NCBI GenBank assembly: GCA_036785375.1
Contig: JAWMAR010000030.1
Location: 7,192,001-7,256,000 of the forward strand
From: Leucoraja ocellata
Lineage: Eukaryota
Direction: 5' to 3'
DNA length: 64,000 nucleotides
Shown: one piece after another, positions 52,101 through 63,197 of the stretch
Numbering within the stretch: the stretch's first letter is position 1
Layout of the letters: each line of letters starts with the position of its first letter
Translations under genes and position numbers: made by a program
Notes under the pieces: generated by a model
The model's input: only the letters and a program-made list of their open reading frames with translations
Database searches by the model: none
Told to the model about the DNA's origin: nothing

Positions 52101-55100
52101 TCATCCTGGCCACACACTCATCTCCCCGCTACCTTCAGGTAGAAGGTACAGGAGCCTGAAGACTGCAACGTCCAGGTTCAGAAACAGCTTCTTCCCCACA
52201 GCCATCAGGCTATTGAACTCAACTCAAACAAAACTCTGAACATTAATAGCCCATTATCAGTTTATTTGCACTTTATCTGTTTTATTTACTCATGTGTGTA
52301 TATATTTATACAATGGTATATGGACACACTGATCTGTTCTGTATTCATGCCTTCTATATTCTGTTGTGCTGAAGCAAAGCAAGAATTTCATTGTCCTATC
52401 TGGGACACATGACAATAAAATCTCTTGACTTGACTATCAATAATACAACGCATTTCCACTATCAGCACTTTGCAGATTAGTTTCTGTTGATCACCATTTA
52501 ATTTTGAATAATTCAACTTACATTCAGAAGCTTATGTTGCTATTTAATGCAACTATTCATACCTATAAATTGGAAATGCATACTAGGTTCAGCAACATAC
52601 ATGCATGAAAACAAGTCAGTGGCTGGGAAAGCATACTCCTTGAGAAACATTTTTAAGTGCAAAGGTCACACAAGTATGAAGCTGTTGAATTTGTACTCTG
52701 GACTATCACCTCCTCACAAGATAATTTCAAAACATATACCAATTATAGTATATCAATTAACAAACCAACATACCTGTACTTGTGCGCACCCTCATCACAG
52801 CATCAAACCCAATCACTTTTCTAACATCTCTGTGTAGATCATTTAGGAATCGCTCACCATCTGCTTGTGCCTAGTTGGAGAAAAAATACTTTAAATATCT
52901 GCACATTAAGAAAATGCTAGTTGGTTTTGCTTTTCAAAGTTTAGTTTAAGTAATTCACTCGGAATAAAACTACTTGATAATGAGCTTGCAAAAAATTAAG
53001 GGTAGAGAATACGTATAGTTGAATAGAACACAAACTGGGAATTAGTCAGCATGCTCAGGGTTAAATAGCCTGAGAAAGAAATGAAAGGTACAATTTATTC
53101 TAATGTTCAGATACCAATGCATTTATTGTCCTTGCTTCATTTATTGCTTTTTTCATGACAACTAACATCATTAATTCAACAATTTAAAAAATATATATAT
53201 ATTCAAAACAGGTTGTGTAATTAGATTATGGATGTAAAAAACTGGATCGCCAATCCTTCAGCTGTCTCCAAAAACAAATTATTGTTTCTCCAATAAAAAT
53301 TTTAAAAAGCATATGAAATACCAAGGAAAAAGTAAAAATAAATACAAAGAGAAGCAGGGATAAATCACTTAGCTCCCATGTCTGCTAGGCAATAAGATTG
53401 AATTTTGGTGGTGATTTAAAAAACTCTTCACTAGTTCTAATGCAAAGAAGCTCAGCAATCATCAGTGAAGCAGATGGAATTTTGTACTGCAATCAGTCCA
53501 GGGTTACATTAACGGTTCCATTCCAGAGAATGATTTCTTCGCAAGCCAGGAGTGTTCATTTTTTATTGCTATCCATATCATATTGTTCTTGATGCACTTA
53601 ATATTATTTCTTCATTTCATTTAATAGTCAACCTCACACTACCTAGAATTAAACTATTGGCATATATACTGTATCTCATCATTAATGAATATTATGAAAC
53701 AAAGCCCTAAAAATGTGCAAACTTGTGCAAAGTCAGATTTTGTAAGTCAGCTTATCTTAACCTGGGGAACCCTGTGGTTCCACATTACCGTTAACATTAG
53801 CTTTTTAAAGCATAATTATTTAAATATTAAATTTTAAATTATCTGGCTGTCAGGCCTTTGGATATCAATCCAGTCATTTAATGATTCCACTGCACCAAAC
53901 ATTAAAAGCTAAACCACTTCAGTGGTCATGGTCTGGAGTAACATGCAGGTCTGAAAAAAACAATTCTTCCCCTCAGTGAGCTTCATCCACATGTATGACA
54001 ATCTGGTAGCAGTGTCATATGGCAGATCACAATTATGCATTTCCCAATTGCTGCGGCAGGATTTATACTTGTGCAACACACATCAGATTGTCAACGAGCT
54101 AATAATCAAAATGCTATCATTCCACACCAACGTGTACTGTTACTTTACAATTTAAACTAGGTGATAATCTAGTACAATGATGAGAGCATGACAGCATATA
54201 CACTGCAGACCAAAAGAGGCAACTGGAATTCCAAACTGTTCCTTAACTCTCAAGACCCGTAACATTTCTCCAAAAAACATCAATTTAACTTTTCCCGGCA
54301 ATCTCAAAATACAAATGAGAGTTATATCAATGAAAGTTCTTGCTAGTTGGAAGCTGACATGGTATGGCCTAGAAAGTCTAGGCTGTATTAATTCCATTCC
54401 GACAGAATGGGTGGGTAAAATTATCCAAATCCCACTGCATGCTTGTGGCTTGCTCAGAGCTTTCGAAACGCAATCAAGTTCTCTCTCTTTACAGGCAGCT
54501 CAATAACCAAGCATTGGGTACAGATTCTCACCGACACAGAGGGAAAGCTAAATGCTTTGGCTGTTTGTGGCATTATTTAAGTATGTAAGAGCAATCCCTG
54601 GACAAACAAATAACAGCAGAAAATTCCCAAGGGGAATAACAGTTTCAACCCTTGAAATATCCTTGGTTGCAACAACTTTGGAAAGAGCTTGCAAGGGCTT
54701 TGTAATGGAAATTACCCACAGCTGTTTCATCCAATCAGCAGTACAACAGGTACAACCTGCACACAATACTCCGAAGGAATCTGAATTCCACAGGCACAAT
54801 AGACCTAGATGTTTCCAGAAAAATGGGTATTTTTGCTCTCAAATCCTAAATTAAAAAAAATATTTATGCTGCAGTTTTTTCCAAGTAATGAATCTCCAAA
54901 TTAGACCTACACGTCAGTTATCTTTTAATAGGCGAGCGCATTACTTGTGACGTGAAGAGTGCATGTTTCTCAGAAAAGTTTGATAATTTTACATTGATGA
55001 GGCCACTTCTATACCAAGCCTTTGTGAATGAGAGCTGCAAAATTTCTCTACAACTACAGTAATCCGACAAACATTACCTGGAAGTATGTGTACTTGTAAA

Positions 55101-58100
55101 TGGAACCTCCCGTCTGATATGTAACCAGTCCCAAGGTTGCCACATCAACATATTGATTAGGGAATAGGAAGAGATCCACACAGCAGCCTTGTGCCACACA
55201 CTCCTTGGCCAGATTATTGTAAAAGCTGGTCTGAGGTTGAAACAGCGTCTGCAATAAAGAAATACATACAAACAATATAAAAATTGTGTTGATGTTGAAA
55301 AGTAGAAAAAGTGCTAAAGTAGCATATGTTTGGAGTTAACATTTCAGATCAAACAATTAAAGATAAAAGACAAAGAACAGAAGGAGGTGGGGAGAAAACA
55401 AAAACATCTGTGATGGAACAAGGGGTAGAAGAGATAACAGGATAAAAGATAGCAAAAGAAAATGCAATCTGGGGGATTAAAAATTAATAATGACGATGGA
55501 ACATGGAGTCAGTTAAGACTGCCAGAAATTCTGATTATCCGCAATCATTTTCTCAATGTCATGGCTGTCATATACCGAGTCAGAAAGTGAGCACAGTTCA
55601 TTAAGCTTACATTGATTGCAAGGAGAAAGCAGAGTGGGACCAAGATTGATAAGTGTCTTACCACTCCTGTAAAAACAGGAAATTCAGTTGTTTTAACATT
55701 TTTAGGCAACATTCGACAAAATTATCTTGAAGCCTGAAACCTTAAAAACCCAATCCGTCAGAGGCATTTGAATCTGCCTTTCCCCAGCCGAATGCTGATT
55801 CAGCGCCCTCATTGATTCAGATATTCAAAGAACAAATGTTTTAATAAGCTGCTCAGAAAATACAGTTCTTCAAATACCACTACCTCGGAAACAATGAACT
55901 TCAAATAATGTAAACCCATCTTTAAAAATATCCTACAAACCTTTTCTTTGTCTGTGTTGATTAGCTTCTTGTCATCTCTATTCTTTAGCTTTCCAGGCGC
56001 TTCAGCAAGAGGCAGGGTGGAGTGGAATATAAACAGTTTGCCAGCACATTCAGCTGCCTGCAAATACAAAATGTCATCAGCACCTTATTAATCAGTGGAC
56101 TGAAGGGTCTCGACCGAGACGTCACCTATTCCTTCTCTCCAGAGATGCTGCATGTCCTGCTGAGTTACTCCAGCTTTGTGTCAAAGTGAGATATTCCACC
56201 CGATTTGCTACCAAAATGCAGATTCTGAATTGGATATAAAAGGGAAACTTACCTTGAGGGCTTCCAGGCCAGCTTGAATAACAGGTCCAAAAACTGTCTC
56301 AGTTTCTCTGGTATCACCAAACATTTCAGGAATCTGTTCTAATAAACTGAAAATAATAAATGGATTTTACTTTAAGCCAATCAGCAAGACTGCAATTCAG
56401 TTACATTAACTGTATTATGGAAATTCAATTGTCAATACCAATATTGAACCAAACAAATCTGCTCTTTTGCATTTTGAGCTGTTAAGTCATTTAATTTTAA
56501 GGTACACGGATCTGGTTTTGATCACACAATCCAAAGGTCACTAATGCAAACTGCACAACGGCAAATGATAAAATCAAACTATGCCGAGAATTCATCAAAA
56601 GCAGTCTTGAAATCCGGGCAGCTGAAAATGAATTCCTATCCATGCTGCAGAATTGGAGCAGTCACAGAATGAAGGGACAGCAGCTATAACTCAGCAATTG
56701 CAAGCCTCGACAGCTCCCAAGAGGGTGTACCTGTTTTCATTTGCCACAGCAACTGGGGAATCCTGCATGCCATGGTTACTCCCCTTTCTGCCAGTCACCC
56801 ACCTTTGCTGTAAAGTTTCAAATTTCAGATCTTTTGACTCATGATTCCAATTACCCCAATATCATAGAACAGGCTTCGTAATTTCGCAGAGTTCATGGGT
56901 GCAGTGAAATAATCACTCAAAATCTTACACTAGTGTATTCTGCTGTGTAATGTTTTTGTAAGTAGTTTTCTAACATGACACTATAACATTCTCACAAGAT
57001 GGGTTTCTTACCTGTTTATCACAGCCCGTGACTCATTCACATTGACCAGGAATCCATCAAGCAAGGGCACAAACATGTCAGCTACATCGGACACCACCAT
57101 CATTTGTGGCTGAGCTAACGAGCTCTTAACATTGTAAAAATGTAAAACTTTGTTATATGTTACAAAGCCAACCCTTATTGCAGATTCGTCTGCATTGCCC
57201 TCCCTAGAAGAGAAACAAGAAATTCAAACTCATTCATTTTTTTAGCACTAAGTTTGAAATTGCAAAGGCCCTTAGTGTAATGCCTTAAATGTACTCTATG
57301 CTTGAATATGGGTAATGCACAAGCTATAATAATGGTCACAAAGCAATATTAATGCAGATGAGACTTCCAAACAGGCAGAAAAAAAGTACAATATGATGAA
57401 TAATTTAAAATTAAAGGGAAATATGATGCTGTGTCTCCGAGGGGTACAAGAAACATTTAAGTGTGTAGGAAGGAACTGCTGATGTTGGTTTAAAACAAAG
57501 ATAGACACAAAATGCTGGAGTAACTCAACAGGACAGGCAGCATCTCTGGCAAGAAGAAATGTGTGACATTTCGTGTCAAGATGAAGTCGGGTGGTGTCGA
57601 CCCGAAACGTCACCCATTCCTTCTCTCCAGAGATGTTGCCTGTCCCGCTGAGGTACTCCAGCATTTTATGTCTACCTTCAAGAAACATTTAATATACATT
57701 AAGCAAAACACAAATTGCTAGAGGAATTTAGTAAATCTGGCAGCATCTGCGGAAGCATGGACAGGGCTGGAACCCTTTTGGCCAGGAATCCTTCTTCAGT
57801 CTAAAGGAGCATCTCGACCCGAAACATCACCTGTTCATTGCCTCCACAGATGCTGCTCTATATGCTGAATTCCTCCTGTACCATGTTTTGCTTAAGATTC
57901 CATCATCTGCTGTTCCTTATGTCTTCATTTTTATATATTAGTTGTCTCAGTCTGCACACCACACAAGAAAAAGGGCAGAAATTTATCATCATATCAGGGA
58001 AACTGCAAAAATGAGGTTGCTCACTTTAAAAGATTAATAAAATAATTTTCCTTTTAAAAGTGTTTAGTAGAATGGATGGTAGAATGGATGGTATCTTTCA

Positions 58101-61100
58101 GCAGGTCTTTTAGTTAGACTTTCTTGATGAGAAAATGTAGAGAATCAATAGTGACAGTAATTTCCCTTTATGCAGAAACAGCAAAATTATCTTACCTTGG
58201 AAGGAAGTCCAACAGAGTTTTAAGCTCCTCACATAATAGGTGAACCAGCCCACTTTTCAGTGCATTGTAGGATACATCGATCATAAAGATGAATGCAGGT
58301 GGATTAGGAAATTTATTATTCTGTAAAATAAATCCTTTTTAAGTTACAATTGAAGAATCATATGTCCAATTCAGCAAAACCCTTTGCATCTGTGTAAGCA
58401 AACACTGCCGAGACTGAAGCATGTATATTAGAGCTGCACCAATTATGATTACTGTCTGCAATAGAAAGATTAAAAATGGGGACAACCAAACTTCATGGCA
58501 ATGTTCTGCTGAAGCTATACCCGCAGGGGTACGCCCTGATTTTTATCTCGACAAAAAAAGGAATAAATGTTTAAAAACAAGCAATATCTCGGTCTTCTCA
58601 CTCTCATAAAGCCACCCACAATGGATGACATGACAATGGTAGGCATACCAGCAGAAAAACATTTGAAAATGTTAATACATTGCCATGTTGCAGCTTTGGC
58701 TTTGAGCCACTTTTATCCAAATACATAAATAGACATTGAAATGTGTATGAAGAAACTGAAGATGCTGGTGTAAACCAAAGATAGACACAAAATGCTGGAG
58801 TAACTCAGCGGATCAGGCAGCATCTCTGGAGAGAAGGAATGGGTGACGTTTCGGGTCGAGACCCTTCTTCAGACTGACGTCAGGGGGAGGGAGATAGATA
58901 GATGGATAAGGAAGTGTGAAGGTTTGAAAACAGGGCAAAAAGAATGGAGATCAAGGAAAATGTAGAATAGATTGTTGTTAGCTGGGAGAAGGTAACAACA
59001 AAGCAAACAGATAAAATGTAGTCGGAGACAGTAAGATTGGTCAGAGAACTGGGAATGGGAGGGATGGAGAGAAGGGGAAAGCAAGGGTTTCTTGAAATTA
59101 GAGAAGTCAATGTTCATACCGCTGGGGTGTACGTTGCTCAAGTGAAATAGGAGGTGCTGTTCTGCCAATTTGTGCTGGGCCTCACTCTGACAATGGAGGA
59201 GACCCAGGACAGAAAGGTCAGTGTGGTGAGACACAAAAAGCTGGAGTAACTTAGCAGGATAGGCAGCATCTCTGGAGAGAAGGAATGGGTGACGTTTCAG
59301 GTCGAGACCCTTCGGGAATGGGAGGGGGAGTTACCCGCATCAATTAAATCGACGTATTATTTAAAGCCATGGGGTGCAATTTGGAAAGCTTGGATTAGAT
59401 CTGCCGAACAGGTATTTATATAAATAAAACCCTTAGATTTTACTCCAATGATAGGGGTTTGCAGATTAAGAAATAGGTAACATGTATGGAATACCTTGCA
59501 GTAGTCTACAGTGGCTAAAAATTCATAGGAACCAAGTGACAGTTCTGGTCGATCGTAGTAGTCCATTCGCTTGCCGGTGTGATCCAAATGTTGGAAATAG
59601 TGAGGCAGTACTGAGGAAGGAGAAACAGGAGTTACAATGTGTTATTGGGTTTGCTAGAAAGGTAGGATGGGAACCAGGACAAGTCATTCACATTACAATA
59701 AACCTAAAAGCACTTGTCACTAAAAATGTACAATTTCAATTTAATCGCAGCATAGAGATTAATTATTTTTAAGAATGTCAAAAATGATAACAAATCAAAT
59801 ATCTTGCAGGACAAAGAGTTAAGAGGTCCTGAACAAAGGCTGAAAAATGTATACACATACCCTCAATAGCTCCTGTATCAATGGGCAAGACAAGTTAGAA
59901 GGAGGGCATATAATCTCCGACATGTTCAGAAGTTAGTATTAGCATGGTGCTACACTCTGCTCTTTCATTCTAGTTTTTCAAGAACATGACATGAGGGAGA
60001 TACAATTTGAGCAAAAAAATATAGCTCTCCTTCTACGAGTTACCTTCTGTGACACAACTGCAAAATGCACATTGGAATCTGCGCCCTCCTTCAATAAACT
60101 GCATGTAAGGACACATGTAGGCCTTGCACCTATTGCACCGTATAGGGCCAGTCTCTCCATGATCTACAATGAAAGGGTGTGCCTGCAATTTGAACAAAGA
60201 TAAAAAAACTTCAGTACAGTTCCACAACTAAGCGCTTCAGAAAATGAAAGACATTAAAGTAAAATACATTAAAAACTGCATCAACCTGGAAATAATTTGC
60301 ATTGGACTGAACAAAACCTTTTTTAAGTATCATTTAAAGTAAGCGTATTTATATTGCACTTTTTACATTCACTTCTTCATTTTCTGTGCAATTGCTTCCT
60401 TACATGTTTAAACAAGTCAACCATTTTGTTGGTAACAAGATCATCATTTTGGGTGGCGTTGGTTAGGGATAACAGGTAACCAGTATACCACGATAATTTC
60501 CAAACTCATCAAATTGTACAATCAAATCATGAACAACCATACAGGACAGAAGGAACCTCAGTTTAACAACTAAACTGCAAGACCCCACCTCTCCTGTACC
60601 AAAGTGATCATCAAACAAAACAAGTCCAGTCACGGATACATAATAAGGCAAAATCAGAATGCAATTTCTTCAAATTTAAGGGACCAACAATCATGAACTC
60701 AATCTCCAAATTTCGTTATAGCAGAATAACTGAGAACTCATCAAAAAACGGAACCCTCGGATTTTACAGCTGTGACTACTAACCTTAATGTAAAGTTAAT
60801 TCATGTTTTCAGTCTGAAAATTCTTAATCTACTCCAAATTTATCTTTAATTAAAGAGTAAAATAAGTGTATTAACTCCTTCTAAAAAGTGCATGATATAC
60901 AATTTTGAAATCTCCAAACCAATGTGCTGAGCAAGCCACTGGAGCAAGCCATGGTGTCACTTACAGTTTTTGGATTCATTTCAACAGCTGCAGCAGACAA
61001 AATGGAATCATCATCACAAAGAACTTGAACAAAATATGGCTTTTAATTGCTACTTGTATCAGTATTGCTTCAGAAAGATTGTGCATTAAGTGTTGCTAGG

Positions 61101-63197
61101 TTGATATTTCCTCAGCAAATACCCTATCATTCTCTTTAAATGAATTGATATGTGTTCGATAGCTTGCCCTAACAAAACTATTTTCTGTGTGGTGAACATG
61201 GACTTAATTTTTTCCTTGCCATTAAAAGTTTTATTGAACCGGATAGCTAAATTTAGAGTGTTTCTACAGACAAAAGGTTTTTCTACCCCATAACTGGGGT
61301 TCAATGCTTGTTGTTGGCACGTTTAGCAGCTGCCAGTACACAGACATACTCAAATACAGGCAGATCCAATTTCAAAGGTTGAATGTGGAAAGAGTGACAA
61401 GTTCACTACCGTGCTTCGCTTCAACTGACCTACAGTAACGCTCCCGGCTCAGAAATAGAAGAGTACAAGGATGCATTATTTAAGTTATAAAATCCCAACT
61501 CTAAATGAAATAGAGAGCAAGTGAATTTGCCTGCATTTCTTGTCCCATCAGTCCCAGGATAACCATAGCAACACTGTCATGAAACAAATTAACTCAATCA
61601 CTGACAACCCGCAAATCAAACTATTTAAATTACGAGACAATGGGCTCCACATAAAGTTTGGATCCATTTGATTTTCTAGTTTACTTTCTTTTACCTTGTT
61701 GATAGCATCGACTGCAGGGTAATGCCAGTAAGATACTTCCCAGAAAGTCTGCCATGAAGCCAATGTTCATCTGCACAGAATCACGCAATGGTTGCTCTCC
61801 AACCAGAGGCTTGAGCTCACTCGAGCTCAGAGAGACGTCATGAGAATGTTCAACAGTCGCTTCAATCCCAGAATCTTGCCCTGTCAGAAGTCCATTGCAG
61901 GTGGAGCCTCTCCACACATGCACACCTCAAGCTGGGCTATTTGCCACAACTGATTCTCTCCTCCTTGCTTTTACTTAAAGTAACCACATGCAAAAAGTGA
62001 CTCATCAGCTACTCATAATGGGTCTAATTCCTAGTTGGAGGGTTCATCCAATCAAGGTTAATACTAACACATATGCTTTTCAGTACTTCAGTTACCACCT
62101 TCTCAGTGTTAAAGATGCTTTAGTATAAAATACACATGACTGCAAACAGAATAAAAAGTAGCGCCCGCTTTTAAAAGGAATATAGTTTGAACATTCCATT
62201 CATTTGGGAGTTTGTAGTGCAGATTACCTCATCAGCTGGCAGCGTGGCAAGTGGTTTTATGACTGTAGTGAGGGGAACCTGACATTGTTTTGCCATGTCT
62301 GAAGTGCAAGGTATATTGTAAGTTGCACATCGAACAAAACGAGGACTTGCATTCCCTGCAAGAGAACAAAATAAGTTTTATTCTCCGATGAAATCAAAGT
62401 TTTACCTTATAAATGCACTACTAAGGAGCCGTTTCATTAGTAAACCTCCATTTGGTACTCTTTTTCATTGATTTAATAAAAACAAAAAAAACTTAATTTA
62501 CAGTATTTTTGAGTGCTTCAATTGTATGTAACATACATCATACACTGCAAGGAAACAGTGATCTAAAACATTCGTAGGTTGGTTTGAAAAGAGAAAAAGA
62601 TTGGCAAGTAATCACAACTGTGGACAAAATAACACACACATTTGCTAGTTACTTTGTTGGCTAAAAGCCACTGAACTGTAAATTGAGACATACAATTCTT
62701 GAATCATTGATCCCATTAATTTTTGTTTTTCAGAAGTCTCTATTACATCAATGTGAACATCACCCAATATTTTTACAACCGAGACATATTGACAGATGTA
62801 GGTACATCTTGAATTAGGTTAAAGGCCCGTCGGCTCAACTCATCTATGCCAACCAAGATGCCCAATCTAAGCGAGTTCCATTTGCCCATGTCTGGTCCAT
62901 ATCTATGGCCTTTCCTAGCCTCAACTACTTCATTTGGCAGCTTTTTTCATATATCATGTGTGGAAAAAGTTGCTCCTTAGGTTCCTATTAAATCTTTCCC
63001 CTCTTGTGTGAAAGAGGTCAATATGATTTGCATGCAAATCACAAATATGAAGGAATTTTGTTGAAGCTGAGCAAATTAAATCTACCTTGATCCTTTACCA
63101 CAAAGTCAGTCGTCACGAGTGGTGGCACTTGTCCTCTTACACCTGTCGAAAATGGTTCAGATCCTCGATTCGACTTATCATCCTCAATTACTTGGAT
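39990..63197 (-). CDS. SEC24C: SEC24C, COPII coat cargo adaptor; 3' 17 coding exons (partial gene, 765 aa)
   Basis: The exons sum to 2298 nt, giving IQVIEDD...zinc finger [10 protein letters not shown]...trunk domain...[11 protein letters not shown]. Residues match recalled human SEC24C closely (e.g. [54 protein letters not shown]). Confidence 0.95.
40696..40899. mobile_element. Fold-back pLTR mini-element with 15-bp TSD, in the last SEC24C intron
   Basis: ~74-bp arms (40731-40804 and 40827-40900); TCCAGGTACGGAATG (40681-40695) and TCCAGGTAAGGAATG (40900-40914). Confidence 0.85.
41267..41356 (-). CDS. SEC24C: SEC24C exon
   Basis: [30 protein letters not shown]. Confidence 0.93.
42135..42326 (-). 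CDS. SEC24C: SEC24C exon (gelsolin-like region)
   Basis: [40 protein letters not shown]...IDSGM. Confidence 0.95.
43000..44110 (+). mobile_element. Old degraded CR1 LINE
   Basis: Residual GATATAGTGTATTTAAATTTCACAAAAACATTTGACAAG (VYLDF.KAFDK-like), GCCACACCTGGAG and TGGAATTCTCTACCC motifs. Confidence 0.7.
44219..44398 (-). CDS. SEC24C: SEC24C exon
   Basis: [60 protein letters not shown]. Confidence 0.95.
44736..44951. mobile_element. Fold-back pLTR mini-element
   Basis: Inverted arms; degenerate flanking duplication TTTCATGTTTTGAAT / TTTCAGGTTTAAAAT. Confidence 0.75.
45437..45735 (-). mobile_element. HE1-like V-SINE
   Basis: TTAGTTTAGAGATACAGCATGGAAAC tail and CAGACAGCACCAGAGGTCAGGATCGAACC head, reverse complemented. 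Confidence 0.75.
46241..46359 (-). CDS. SEC24C: SEC24C exon
   Basis: [40 protein letters not shown]. Confidence 0.95.
47291..47640 (-). mobile_element. Degraded PLE GIY-YIG fragment
   Basis: [24 protein letters not shown] resembles C.LLYIGETKRRLGDRF.EHLRSV. Confidence 0.55.
48695..49380 (+). mobile_element. Young CR1 LINE 3' fragment
   Basis: [25 protein letters not shown]...[11 protein letters not shown]...[13 protein letters not shown] (one frameshift), CR1 3' UTR and (TTTCTATG)n tail. Confidence 0.92.
49513..49651 (-). CDS. SEC24C: SEC24C exon
   Basis: [46 protein letters not shown]. Confidence 0.95.
49800..50150 (-). mobile_element. Ancient DeuSINE/SacSINE1-like relic
   Basis: GTCCCAAAACACCTCACAGCC...CCACCTGAGAGAGCAGACAGG motifs; similar relics at 20470-20650, 28900-29040 and 40190-40450. 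Confidence 0.45.
51516..51661 (-). CDS. SEC24C: SEC24C exon
   Basis: [49 protein letters not shown]. Confidence 0.95.
52077..52435 (+). mobile_element. Rex1/Babar-type LINE 3' end
   Basis: [46 protein letters not shown] followed by an AATAAA...(CTTGA)n tail; related tail fragments on - at 26636-26760 and 9990-10170. Confidence 0.85.
52774..52870 (-). CDS. SEC24C: SEC24C exon
   Basis: [32 protein letters not shown]. Confidence 0.93.
55078..55248 (-). CDS. SEC24C: SEC24C exon
   Basis: [57 protein letters not shown]. Confidence 0.95.
55941..56057 (-). CDS. SEC24C: SEC24C exon
   Basis: [39 protein letters not shown]. Confidence 0.95.
56253..56346 (-). CDS. SEC24C: SEC24C exon
   Basis: [31 protein letters not shown]. 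Confidence 0.95.
57012..57203 (-). CDS. SEC24C: SEC24C exon
   Basis: [63 protein letters not shown]. Confidence 0.95.
57461..57678. mobile_element. Fold-back pLTR mini-element with perfect 14-bp TSD
   Basis: CAAGAAACATTTAA at 57447-57460 and 57679-57692 flank inverted pLTR arms; a second, older fold-back follows at 57705-57925. Confidence 0.88.
58196..58320 (-). CDS. SEC24C: SEC24C exon
   Basis: [41 protein letters not shown]. Confidence 0.95.
58742..59335 (-). mobile_element. PLE 3' fragment with two pLTR copies (58745-58875 and 59229-59313)
   Basis: [25 protein letters not shown]...[13 protein letters not shown]-terminus; the pLTR contains CTGAAGA-AGGGTCTCGACCC-GAAACGTC. Confidence 0.85.
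58842..58875 (-). ncRNA. Minimal type I hammerhead ribozyme motif in the pLTR (best-conserved copy)
   Basis: The - strand reads GT-CTGAAGA-A-GGGT(CTCG)ACCC-GAAA-CG-TC-AC: CUGANGA and GAAA cores, stem II, palindromic ACGU in place of stem III, and a GUC site. Helix I is only 2 bp. Confidence 0.6.
59495..59610 (-). CDS. SEC24C: SEC24C exon
   Basis: [39 protein letters not shown]. Confidence 0.95.
60044..60182 (-). CDS. SEC24C: SEC24C exon (zinc finger)
   Basis: [46 protein letters not shown]. Confidence 0.95.
62228..62355 (-). CDS. SEC24C: SEC24C exon
   Basis: [43 protein letters not shown]. Confidence 0.93.
62810..63005 (-). mobile_element. CR1/HE1-type 3' tail fragment
   Basis: AGGCCCGTCGGCTCAAC...CCATATC...GGCAGC...CCTATTAAATCTTTCCCCTCT; similar fragments at 16385-16600, 21935-22015, 31755-31880 and 36265-36390. 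Confidence 0.6.
63086..63197 (-). CDS. SEC24C: SEC24C exon
   Basis: [37 protein letters not shown]; GT-AG boundaries. Confidence 0.93.

Noticed and set aside
58068-58093. Short tandem duplications (TAGAATGGATGG x2; also at 19140 and 50352)
   Set aside because: Ordinary slippage products with no further structure.
39990-63197. Assignment as SEC24D
   Set aside because: Residues throughout and the C-terminus ([12 protein letters not shown]) fit recalled SEC24C better.
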